Shown one piece after another: positions 55,881 through 64,000 of a stretch of 64,000 bases of DNA (the first letter of the stretch is position 1; each line of letters begins with the position of its first letter). The stretch spans positions 1,028 through 65,027 of the forward strand of contig JAFRJX010000004.1 in NCBI GenBank assembly GCA_017432025.1, written 5' to 3'. This DNA comes from Candidatus Saccharimonadota bacterium (GTDB lineage Bacteria > Patescibacteriota > Saccharimonadia > Saccharimonadales > Saccharimonadaceae). A program made the translations under genes and the position numbers. The notes below the pieces were generated by a model that ran no database searches, was not told where the DNA came from, and was given only the letters and a program-made list of their open reading frames with translations.

Positions 55881-56402
55881 TTACTTCTTCCGTATTCCGA
55901 CTGATAGGTTACGTCCGTTAAATTGTGCTTTACCTTCGATTACGATGTCGTCACCGATGAGCCCGAGAATTTTATCAAGTAAATCTTGACCAATTTCTTT
56001 GTGAGCCATCTCACGACCACGGAATATGACCATGATTTTGACGCGATCACCGTCATCTAAGAATTCACGCATTTTGCGGACCTTGATGTTAAGATCGTTT
56101 TCTGAAATCTTGAGGCCAATCTTCATTTGCTTCAGTTCGGATTGTTTTTCACGAGCCTTCTTACGATTCTTGGCTTCTTCTTTCATCTTTTGATATTGGA
56201 ATTTACCCCAATCAATGATTTTAACGACCGGAGGGTTGGCATTAGCAGCGATTTCTACTAAATCCACTCCCTGTTCCTTCGCGAGAAGTTGCGCTTCACG
56301 ACTAGACATAATGCCCAGTTGTTCGCCACTTGAACCAATGACACGGACCTCAGGATAACGAATCTCTCCGTTGAGGCGGGTGTGCGAATTGTTTTTGATA
56401 AT
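55881..56402 (-). CDS. infC: Translation initiation factor IF-3 with non-canonical ATT/ATC start
   Basis: Frame extends 31 codons upstream of the listed ATG (RLNGEIRYPEVRVIG) to AAAGGA-ct-ATT-ATC; DLVEIA, DWGKFQY and FRGRE motifs. Confidence 0.95.
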   Translation of the reverse strand: MIKNNSHTRLNGEIRYPEVRVIGSSGEQLGIMSSREAQLLAKEQGVDLVEIAANANPPVVKIIDWGKFQYQKMKEEAKNRKKAREKQSELKQMKIGLKISENDLNIKVRKMREFLDDGDRVKIMVIFRGREMAHKEIGQDLLDKILGLIGDDIVIEGKAQFNGRNLSVGIRKK

Positions 56403-56491
56403 AGTCCTTTCTTCTCTGAATTAACCTGATACATATTATATCAAAAACCCCCTTGAATTACAAGGGGGAATTATGATTTTTTCAGAGAGAA

Positions 56492-56980
56492 TTATTTGTC
56501 GTCTTTTTTAGCTTCTTTTTTCTCTTCTTTTTTGGCTTCCTTTTTCTCAGCCTTAGCTGGAGCTTTGCCAATGGTTTGCTCAAGCTTGACGAAGTTGAGT
56601 ACGAGCATTGCTACACCAAAGATAAGGTAAAGCCATGCGCCAACACCTGGATGAGCAAACCCCGAGCCCTTAGCGAAACAGACAATCATACCAACAACAC
56701 CAAAGAATACTACAACACTTGGTACGGCGATGTTGATAATCTTTTCAACCTTGGCAGCCAGTTTAAGTTTCAAGATACCAAGACCTCTCAAGATGCCAAG
56801 TACATACCATGCTAGTGCCGCAAGCACAGAAAGCAATGTAAACACGCCTAGTACCGGTTCGCCGAAAATATTAGCCGAATATGATCCAAAGAGACCTAGC
56901 GAAACAGCAAACCATGGCAAAAATAGCATGATAAATGCCAAAAAGCTACATCCAGCTTGAATTAACGTTTTTAGTTTCAT
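56492..56980 (-). CDS. Hypothetical 4-TM membrane protein with Lys/Glu-rich tail
   Basis: 162-aa ORF with RBS and a terminator hairpin at 56448-56468. Confidence 0.7.
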   Translation of the reverse strand: MKLKTLIQAGCSFLAFIMLFLPWFAVSLGLFGSYSANIFGEPVLGVFTLLSVLAALAWYVLGILRGLGILKLKLAAKVEKIINIAVPSVVVFFGVVGMIVCFAKGSGFAHPGVGAWLYLIFGVAMLVLNFVKLEQTIGKAPAKAEKKEAKKEEKKEAKKDDK

Positions 56981-57043
56981 ATAACTCCTTTTATTAATTA
57001 ACTTAATTTTAGTATTTTTTTAAGGAAAATTCAAGCATAATTA

Positions 57044-58558
57044 TTACCGTTTTCGAAACGAAAGTGCTTCCGCAATGTGACTACTCTTTATAATATCCGA
57101 GCCGTCCAAATCGGCAATTGTTTGTGCGACTTTGATCGTTTTAAAGTATGACCGAGCTGACAAATTCATCGTCCTAGAAGCCGACTGTAGCAGCTTTTCG
57201 GCGGCCGGCTCTAGCTTCAATATCGTCGCAACTTGGTAGGACGAAAGCGCACTATTATAGACGCCTGCCTGCCCATATCTCGCCGTCTGACGTGATATTG
57301 CCTCTGTTATAGTATTTTTTACAACAATATGTTCACCCGTTTCGAGCCTGTCTCGCGCCATTAGGTCCTGGTTCTCGACCCGCTCGACCGTGATATTCAT
57401 GTCGATTCGATCAAGTAGCGGCCCGGACAGTTTCTTGTGATAATTTTGAATTTGCTGTTCCGAGCATTTGCATTCATGCGTTTTGTCGCCGAGATACCCA
57501 CACGGGCAGGGATTCATCGTAGCAATTAGCATAAAATCTGCTGGGTAAACGCACTTACTGCCGGCCCTAGAAATCGTAATTACTTTATCCTCGAGTGGCT
57601 GCCGGAGCGTTTCGAGAATCGAACGGGGAAATTCTGGCAGTTCATCTAAGAACAACACGCCCTTATGCGCCAGCGAAATCTCTCCCGGCATCGCATTCGC
57701 CCCACCACCCACGATCGACACCGCGCTAGCCGTGTGATGCGGGCTCCGAAACGGCCGCTTCATCATAATCTTGCTACTATTTAACCCCGCAATCGAATAA
57801 ATCTTCGTGACTTCAAGCATCTCCTCCGGCTTCAGTTCCGGCAGCAGGTTCGCCGCGACCTTCGCGAGCATCGTTTTGCCGGCACCTGGCGGTCCGGAGA
57901 TCAGTAAATTATGGTGTCCAGCTACGGCAATTTCGATCGCTCTTTTCGCGAGCTCCTGCCCACGCACGTGGTCCAGAATCTCACTATCCACCCCATCAGA
58001 CTCTGTTTTTGTAATTTTTACATCTAAATTTGTCGGGAAATTTTGCTGACTCGTCACGAGGGAAACAAAGAGTTCCTTAAGCGTCGTCACGCCATAAACC
58101 GTGACATCTCTTACTAGTGCCGCCTGCGACAGGTTCTTTATCGGCACATAAACCTCCCTAATTCCGGCTAGTTTCGCCGTTTCGACGATATTTATGATAC
58201 CTTTTACTGGCCGAAGCGTCCCATCCAGCGATAATTCGCCCACAAATAACTTGTTTTTCGTGTCAGCAAGCAGCAACTGCCGAGAAAGCACCAAAATTGT
58301 GAGTGCAATTGGCAGATCCAAATACGATCCGTCCTTCAAAATGTCGGCCGGGGCTAAATTTATCGTGATTTTTTTGTCCGGAAATGAAAAGCCAGAATTT
58401 ATAATTGCACTTTTTACGCGTTCTTTGGCTTCGTTGATGGTTTTGTTTGCCATGCCCACAATATTTAGTGCCGGCAGGCCACGATTTATGTCGCCCTCCA
58501 CGTCCACGAGCTTGCCATCAAAGCCGCATGGCACGACTGAATGTATTTTACTAATCAT
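57044..58558 (-). CDS. comM: YifB/ComM Mg-chelatase-related AAA+ ATPase
   Basis: GELSLDG, HNLLISGPPGAGKT, RSPHHTAS, GEISLAHKGVLFLDE, NPCPCG, GPLLDRID. Confidence 0.95.
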   Translation of the reverse strand: MISKIHSVVPCGFDGKLVDVEGDINRGLPALNIVGMANKTINEAKERVKSAIINSGFSFPDKKITINLAPADILKDGSYLDLPIALTILVLSRQLLLADTKNKLFVGELSLDGTLRPVKGIINIVETAKLAGIREVYVPIKNLSQAALVRDVTVYGVTTLKELFVSLVTSQQNFPTNLDVKITKTESDGVDSEILDHVRGQELAKRAIEIAVAGHHNLLISGPPGAGKTMLAKVAANLLPELKPEEMLEVTKIYSIAGLNSSKIMMKRPFRSPHHTASAVSIVGGGANAMPGEISLAHKGVLFLDELPEFPRSILETLRQPLEDKVITISRAGSKCVYPADFMLIATMNPCPCGYLGDKTHECKCSEQQIQNYHKKLSGPLLDRIDMNITVERVENQDLMARDRLETGEHIVVKNTITEAISRQTARYGQAGVYNSALSSYQVATILKLEPAAEKLLQSASRTMNLSARSYFKTIKVAQTIADLDGSDIIKSSHIAEALSFRKR

Positions 58559-58740
58559 GTTTTTGGCTTTTATTACAACACAAAAAACATTGCAACCCCC
58601 CACCAAATTTTTAAGCCTAGGCTTTTTAAAAAATACATTATTTATGCAGGTTGGGCCTGTGGAAAACTCTGCAAAAAAAAGTACAAAAATTGTTCAGAAA
58701 ATCTATTGACATAAGCTTTTTTTCGCGATATTATAGAGGT

Positions 58741-58850
58741 AGCTTCTGAATAATAAATTTATTCAGAAGGTAAAAACAAAAATTTAGCCAAAATAACTCC
58801 ACACTCTACACGAAGGCCGGTTTTCCTCGCAGTTACCGGCCTTTCTCTTT
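58741..58850 (+). ncRNA. Candidate ~110-nt small RNA upstream of tmRNA
   Basis: TTGACA-17-TATTAT promoter (58706-58734), 10-bp 5' hairpin, A-rich linker, terminator AAGGCCGGT/ACCGGCCTT; no ORF. Confidence 0.5.
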
Positions 58851-58892
58851 GCCTTGAAAAAAGCTTATCCCTGTGATATAATGTAAATAGTT

Positions 58893-59246
58893 GGGGCTGA
58901 CAAAGCTTAGACGGATCATTAACAGACATCAAGCGCGCCGATTAAATACCGTAAGTATTAATAAGTGCTAAAAACACGAAAACTGCGCATGTTATGTACA
59001 TGCCAGCTTATGCCTAATATATTCTAGGCTGGTTTCGGGCGGAGGTTCCGTAAGTCCGGAATTATCATACGACGGAAATAAGGCTGTTTAAGTAGCGAAA
59101 AATAGTTCGAAAATTTAGCTATGGCGTTCGTCAGTTTTGTTTTCTGCAGCTCACGATTTATGCCAAGACGAAACAGGAAACTATGCACGTAGAATGATGT
59201 CCACGTGGTGACTCGGACCCGGAGGCAGTATCCGGCAGCTCCACCA
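58893..59246 (+). ncRNA. ssrA: tmRNA
   Basis: GGGGCTGA 5' end, CAGCTCCACCA 3' end, tag ORF GCT...TAA at 58967-59017 (AKNTKTAHVMYMPAYA); own -10 TGTGaTATAAT. Confidence 0.95.
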
Positions 59247-59458
59247 ACTTGAAATTTGCCCGCCAAAATCGGCGGCTTTTTTGTGCGAAAAAATTGCCAA
59301 AAATAAAAAATCGTACACGAACCACGCACGATCCATGCTTAGAAATGCGACGAAAAATCGACCAAAAAAATCACACACATTTGTTCATGCAAAATCGCTC
59401 ACTTTTAACAACATGTAATTATTACAACACACGCCTCGCATCACAAATCCATTAAATC

Positions 59459-59534
59459 GTTGTAAATAACACAACAATAATAAATTATTTATACAACAGG
59501 GGAATTATAGAGTATATGTTGTGAATAAAACAAC
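59459..59534. promoter_or_regulatory. Two copies of a 17-bp palindromic operator-like site, GTTGT-N7-ACAAC
   Basis: GTTGTAAATAACACAAC (59459-59475) and GTTGTGAATAAAACAAC (59518-59534), 15/17 identical, upstream of the promoter at 59555. Confidence 0.6.
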
Positions 59535-59554
59535 ACTAAAACTGAATAAATATC

Positions 59555-59583
59555 TTGCATTTTTCATGGATCTGTGCTACCAT
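59555..59583 (+). promoter_or_regulatory. Sigma-70 promoter
   Basis: TTGCAT, 17 bp, TACCAT with TGTG extension. Confidence 0.7.
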
Positions 59584-59589
59584 GAAAAC

Positions 59590-59950
59590 AGTCGAGATGA
59601 CTAAAATAAAAACTAAAAATAAAAGGAAAAAATCATGAAGAGAACACGCGCAAAACCTAAATCACCATAGCATTTGGCGGGCGAAAAGGTAATTTCTAGC
59701 CATAAATTACAACATAGGAATTACCTAGAGCTCCGCCAAAGGCGTCGAGCGCGCAGTCAAATCTTTCATTAGTACATTAGAAAAACATAAACAAGAGTGA
59801 AAGAAAACGGCAGCAAGGACAATGCTTCACTATACGTGAAGCGGTCAAAGGGAATAAGCGGATCAGGGTTGTGGCCAATAGTTGTGATTTAAGCGCCAGA
59901 TAACCCCCCGCTTTCCCCCATATTAAAGGATAGGGAAAAACTCTTGGGGG
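59590..59950 (+). ncRNA. Candidate ~350-nt highly structured RNA containing an 11-codon mini-ORF
   Basis: Many stems found by manual pairing (see findings); RBS + ATG 59635 gives MKRTRAKPKSP-stop (59670). Confidence 0.5.
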
Positions 59951-59979
59951 ATGAACTAGTAAGTGATATAATAAGAATC

Positions 59980-60333
59980 ATGAAGCATAAACGTGTTGTC
60001 ATGATTGTTAGCATTGTAGGACTCGCAGCTTTAATTGCAATACTAACACTAACTACGCCGACGGACACAGGTCCTCTCGGTGTTTTATTATTTTTTACAA
60101 CACTTTATATCTCTGTATTTGGTATTACGTCTTTAATCATGCAAGCCTTCTATAGGCTTGCTTTTAAACGTGATAATTTCAGAAACAAAGACTACCTTTA
60201 CGCGGCAGTCTTTTCGTTTGGCCCGATCATGCTCCTCATGGCCCGTTCTTTTGGCGCTATTAGTATCTGGACCGTCGCTTTGATCATTTTTTTCATATTT
60301 TTAGCCGAATTTTTAGTGGCGAAACGCATCTAA
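59980..60333 (+). CDS. Hypothetical multi-TM membrane protein
   Basis: TGaTATAAT 7 nt before ATG 59980; hydrophobic ORF. Confidence 0.75.
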   Translation: MKHKRVVMIVSIVGLAALIAILTLTTPTDTGPLGVLLFFTTLYISVFGITSLIMQAFYRLAFKRDNFRNKDYLYAAVFSFGPIMLLMARSFGAISIWTVALIIFFIFLAEFLVAKRI

Positions 60334-60351
60334 GTATGCTAAAATAAGCAT

Positions 60352-60918
60352 ATGGACTATGGTCAGACCAAAAAACCTAGTGATAGCCAATCCTTTTTTA
60401 CGGCTGGCGTCGGTGATTTACCTGAGGATCAGAATTCTTTTGAAGCCGAAAACAATCTGAATCTCGACAATACCGGTACATCTTGGGCTCCTACTCGCGA
60501 CCCGCGCAACATCGGTAGTCGCGCTATTTTCTCCGCTCCGGAACCGGTCCCATCTCTAGATAATCAGGAAATTGTGAGCGTCGAACCAGAAATGACACTC
60601 GTCGAAAAACCGAATCTTCCGACCGACGTTGAACTCGCTCCGCCGGAGGTAGGTGGTCTCCCAGAAATGCCAAATTTCACACCTGAAGGTGCCCCAGCTT
60701 TAAATCCGGTAAAAGAAGTGCCATTCAATGAAAAAGTCATCAAAACTGAGGGCGATCACGTCAGTCATGCTACTATTGCTGAGATTGAAAAAACCATTAG
60801 TAAGCTAAATCACACCGGCAATGTAGCCGATTTCTACGCCGCCATCAGAGGTGATGACGCCCATCCAGGCATGGTTAGAAACAATCTCAAGAATTCATTC
60901 GGGAGAGATGTCGCATGA
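60352..60918 (+). CDS. Hypothetical acidic/Pro-rich protein
   Basis: TGcTAAAAT-N6-ATG; overlaps the next gene at ATGA. Confidence 0.75.
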   Translation: MDYGQTKKPSDSQSFFTAGVGDLPEDQNSFEAENNLNLDNTGTSWAPTRDPRNIGSRAIFSAPEPVPSLDNQEIVSVEPEMTLVEKPNLPTDVELAPPEVGGLPEMPNFTPEGAPALNPVKEVPFNEKVIKTEGDHVSHATIAEIEKTISKLNHTGNVADFYAAIRGDDAHPGMVRNNLKNSFGRDVA

Positions 60919-63641
60919 GTGAACAGTGGGTGGGAATTGCTATTTTCGTCGCTATTGTAGTACTTGTTGCTACGGTCATCTCTGTTTCTCGCATCTCTAA
61001 ACTCCGCAAAGCCAAGAAATACGAGCGTGGTATCAAGATGGTTTCTCTCTTGATTCACCTCCCGCCATCCACCGATGATATCGATGCTGGTGGTCGCGAT
61101 AAGCGCGACATCGCGGACGAAGCTATCTCTAAAGCCCAGGTGATGTACTCCATCCTATCATCGACAATTACCAAGGGAATCAAGACTAAACTTTACGGTC
61201 AGCGCCATTTCTCGATGGAAATTATCGCGAAAGACGGTATTATCCGCTATTATGCCATCGTTCCGGCCGTACTAACAGAGACGGTTAAGCAAGCCGTCCA
61301 GTCGGCCTATCCAACCGCTAGAATCGAAGAAAAGGGTGAAGAAAACATTTTCGCCCCTGATGGACGCGTCGACAATATCGCTGGCGCCGAGCTGACACTC
61401 CAAAAAGAAGCCTATCTCCCGATTGCAACCTATGAAGACATCAAGCGCGACGCTTCGATGGCGATTCTAAACGCCCTCTCTAGCGTGAGTAAAGATGAAG
61501 GTGCTGCCGTACAAGTTTTGTTCCGCCCTGCACAAAAAAATTGGTTTGAAACCGGCAAAACCTACATCGAAAACGTACAAAAGGGCAAAAAGGTCAAAAC
61601 TGGCGGTGCGATTCTAAGCGATTACGTCACCGATATTATCCGCGCCCCTTGGGAAGTCCCAGGAATGCATGAACAGGCTAAAGAAGAAGTCATCTTAACT
61701 AATGTCAAAAAAGAAGAAATCGACGCTATCACTAATAAAATGCGCTACCCAGGTTTCGAGACCTTGATTCGTATCATTGCTTGCTCTGCCACAAAACCGC
61801 GTTCAGAAGCGATTGTGGGGGGCATTGTGTCAGCCTTTTCACAGTTTGACAACCCAGAATACAACGGTTTCAAAGTTAATACCTTCAAGGATTCCAAGAA
61901 ACTCGCAATCGATTACACCTTCCGTTTCTTCCCGCTGAAAAGCACCGAAAACATCCTAAATTCTATCGAACTCGCCTCGATTTTTCATCTACCAGAGCAA
62001 AATGCTATCCCGAACTCCCAGGTCGAACGCCAGCTTACTAAACAAGTTGACGGCCCGGCCAAGCTCGCTACCGATGGCGTCTTCCTTGGTACGAACGAAT
62101 TTAGAGGGAACAAGAAAGCGATTTACCTAAATGATGACGATCGCCGCCGCCACATGTACGTCATTGGTCAAACTGGTATGGGTAAATCCGTCTTCCTCGA
62201 GAATATTGCCTTCCAAGATATGTGCGATGGTCGTGGCTTTGCCTTTATCGACCCACATGGTGACGCCGTAGAAGCACTATTAAAGCGCGTTCCAGAAGAG
62301 AGAATTGACGATGTAATTTACTTCGATCCGGCCGATATTGAGCATCCGGTCGGTATGAATATGTTCGAATTCACCTCTGAAGACCAGAAAGATTTCATTG
62401 TTCAAGAGGGAATTAGTATGCTCCAATCACTCTTTGACCCGTCTAACCAGGGTTTCTTCGGTCCGCGTGGTCAGCACATGTTTAGAAATGCCGCCCTTCT
62501 CTTGATGGCAGACCCAGCCGGTGCCACCTTCATCGATATTCCACAGTGTTTCACGGACCCGGAATTCGTGAAATCTAAGCTGAAATATGTCACTGATAAA
62601 GCCGTTTACGATTACTGGACTAAAGAATTCCCAGCCTCGCAAAAGTCGAACGACGCCGGTGAAGTCATCACTTGGTTTGCCTCAAAATGGGGCCCGTTCC
62701 TCTCTAACACTATTATGCGAAACACGCTCGGCCAGGTGAAATCCGGCTTTAACATCCGTGAAATCATGGATAATAAGAAGATTTTCCTCGTCAATCTCTC
62801 AAAAGGTCGCCTTGGTGAGATTAATGCCAATCTCCTTGGTATGATCTTTGTGATGAAGTTCCAACAGGCTGCCATGAGCCGCCAGGATATCCCAGAAGAC
62901 CAGCGCCAAGACTTCTGCCTCTATGTGGATGAGTTCCAGAACTTCGCCACTGATAGCTTCGAATCTATCCTTTCGGAAGCTCGTAAATATCGCTTGAATC
63001 TGATTGTCGCTAACCAGTTCATGACTCAGCTCACTGACAAGATTAGGGAAGCCCTCCTTGGTAACGTCGGTACGATTATCTGTGGCCGTGTTGGTGTAAC
63101 CGATGCCGATCTGATGGTGAAGGCCTTTACGCCGACCTTTACCGCCGAAGATCTCACCAAGACGCCAAACCACGCCGCTGTCTGTAAAGTGATGATGTTT
63201 GGCATGCCATCAGCCGCCTTTACCATGAATCTCCCACCTCCGATGGGCGAGCCAAACGATGAATTGATGCGCAACCTCAAGATGTACTCGGCTACCCGCT
63301 TCGCGAAGACCCGTGCCGAGGTTGAAAAGGAAATCAATGACCGCTGGAGCGTCGCTGAGAAGGCTAAAACCGCCGAAGAACCTAAACCAGCCACCCCACC
63401 AGCTCCGGCCGAAAAACCGGCTGACTCGGCGAAAGAAGAGCCGGAAAAGGGCTTTCTAGATGACTGGCTAGCGAATAATCCGGCCCCTAAGGCGGTCGAA
63501 AGCACCGAACCCGAGTCTGAGTCATCTCCAGCCGAAGAGGCGCCTTCTGAGCCCTCTGAAGCGGCCACAGAGCCTATTCCGGAACCTGAACCAACCCCAG
63601 CACCAAAAAAGCCTGACGAAATGGTCTTTAAAGTCCGCTAA
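60915..63641 (+). CDS. VirD4/TraG/TrwB-like coupling ATPase with N-terminal TM and extension
   Basis: RRRHMYVIGQTGMGKS, FIDPHGD, LVNLSKG, LYVDEFQNF, LSEARKYRLNLIVANQ. Confidence 0.88.
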   Translation: MSEQWVGIAIFVAIVVLVATVISVSRISKLRKAKKYERGIKMVSLLIHLPPSTDDIDAGGRDKRDIADEAISKAQVMYSILSSTITKGIKTKLYGQRHFSMEIIAKDGIIRYYAIVPAVLTETVKQAVQSAYPTARIEEKGEENIFAPDGRVDNIAGAELTLQKEAYLPIATYEDIKRDASMAILNALSSVSKDEGAAVQVLFRPAQKNWFETGKTYIENVQKGKKVKTGGAILSDYVTDIIRAPWEVPGMHEQAKEEVILTNVKKEEIDAITNKMRYPGFETLIRIIACSATKPRSEAIVGGIVSAFSQFDNPEYNGFKVNTFKDSKKLAIDYTFRFFPLKSTENILNSIELASIFHLPEQNAIPNSQVERQLTKQVDGPAKLATDGVFLGTNEFRGNKKAIYLNDDDRRRHMYVIGQTGMGKSVFLENIAFQDMCDGRGFAFIDPHGDAVEALLKRVPEERIDDVIYFDPADIEHPVGMNMFEFTSEDQKDFIVQEGISMLQSLFDPSNQGFFGPRGQHMFRNAALLLMADPAGATFIDIPQCFTDPEFVKSKLKYVTDKAVYDYWTKEFPASQKSNDAGEVITWFASKWGPFLSNTIMRNTLGQVKSGFNIREIMDNKKIFLVNLSKGRLGEINANLLGMIFVMKFQQAAMSRQDIPEDQRQDFCLYVDEFQNFATDSFESILSEARKYRLNLIVANQFMTQLTDKIREALLGNVGTIICGRVGVTDADLMVKAFTPTFTAEDLTKTPNHAAVCKVMMFGMPSAAFTMNLPPPMGEPNDELMRNLKMYSATRFAKTRAEVEKEINDRWSVAEKAKTAEEPKPATPPAPAEKPADSAKEEPEKGFLDDWLANNPAPKAVESTEPESESSPAEEAPSEPSEAATEPIPEPEPTPAPKKPDEMVFKVR

Positions 63642-63737
63642 CCCCTGTAAATTCAACATTATTTCTCTGTTTTTTCTCTTGAATTTTTTGTGCTGTCGGT
63701 GTATAATAGATAGGTATTATTAAGAAGAGGTATAAAA

Positions 63738-64000
63738 ATGGCCGAAAAAGCTGAAGCTTACGATTCGTCCGAAATTCGGGTACTAGAGGGGCTTGAGCCG
63801 GTGCGACTTCGCCCGGGCATGTATATCGGTTCGACTGGTTATGATGGTCTCCACCATCTCATCAAAGAGATTGCCGATAACTCAATCGATGAAGCGATTG
63901 CTGGTTTTGCCAACAAAATCGACATCACGATTCAAAACGATGGTGGCGTCCGTGTAGACGATAACGGACGTGGTATCCCTGTAGATATCCACCCAAAAAC
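63738..64000 (+). CDS. gyrB: DNA gyrase subunit B, 5' part only
   Basis: [43 protein letters not shown]; runs off the window. parE cannot be fully excluded. Confidence 0.9.
   Translation, partial: MAEKAEAYDSSEIRVLEGLEPVRLRPGMYIGSTGYDGLHHLIKEIADNSIDEAIAGFANKIDITIQNDGGVRVDDNGRGIPVDIHPK

Noticed and set aside
59024-59455. ORFs overlapping tmRNA
   Set aside because: Non-ATG starts, no homology-like motifs, and fully explained by the tmRNA and spacer sequence.
59250-59550. Possible oriC (AT-rich, one TTATTCACA DnaA-box match at 59520-59528)
   Set aside because: Only one box, no dnaA nearby, and gene orientation bias does not switch across the site.
59590-59950. Group I/II intron or IS remnant
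   Set aside because: No recognisable P/Q/R/S core or domain V, no interrupted gene, no terminal repeats or transposase.
588-63568. Many 60-250 aa ORFs antisense or out of frame to long genes in the ORF track
   Set aside because: Shadow ORFs of well-supported genes with biased codon usage; no RBS, promoter or motif support.

Overview
A 64-kb, gene-dense, mostly + strand chromosomal segment from a reduced-genome bacterium. Gene content and order (ftsA-ftsZ-nrdR, short holA, VirB2-like pilin, VirD4-like ATPase, NUDIX-RNase HI fusion, many single-TM proteins with Pro/Glu-rich tails) point to Patescibacteria/CPR, most likely Saccharibacteria; this is inferred and not checked against a database. 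It carries housekeeping genes (argS, orn, dnaG, rpoD, polA, mutM, adk, map, ftsA/Z, ileS, parA/B, rel, thrS, miaA, ribosomal proteins, infC, comM, start of gyrB), three tRNAs, RNase P RNA and tmRNA, plus small AT-rich islets. No CRISPR array, prophage or transposase was seen. The most notable items are: (1) a 145-aa 'mini-NrdD' with an ATP-cone-like N-terminus and the class III RNR glycyl-radical loop but no catalytic barrel, behind tandem NrdR boxes, with a cysteine-free NrdR in the same window; (2) an ileS T-box with an actinobacterial-type ultrashort Stem I coupled to a transcriptional terminator; (3) several promoter-driven, ORF-less structured RNA candidates (50.65 kb, 58.75 kb, 59.6-59.95 kb), one sharing a 22-nt motif with a locus at 27.3-27.6 kb; (4) an in-frame GC-rich palindromic insertion at the start of miaA; (5) widespread apparently leaderless promoters, including a palindromic bidirectional one at dnaG. 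All family calls come from motif recognition by eye, and RNA structures were paired manually.
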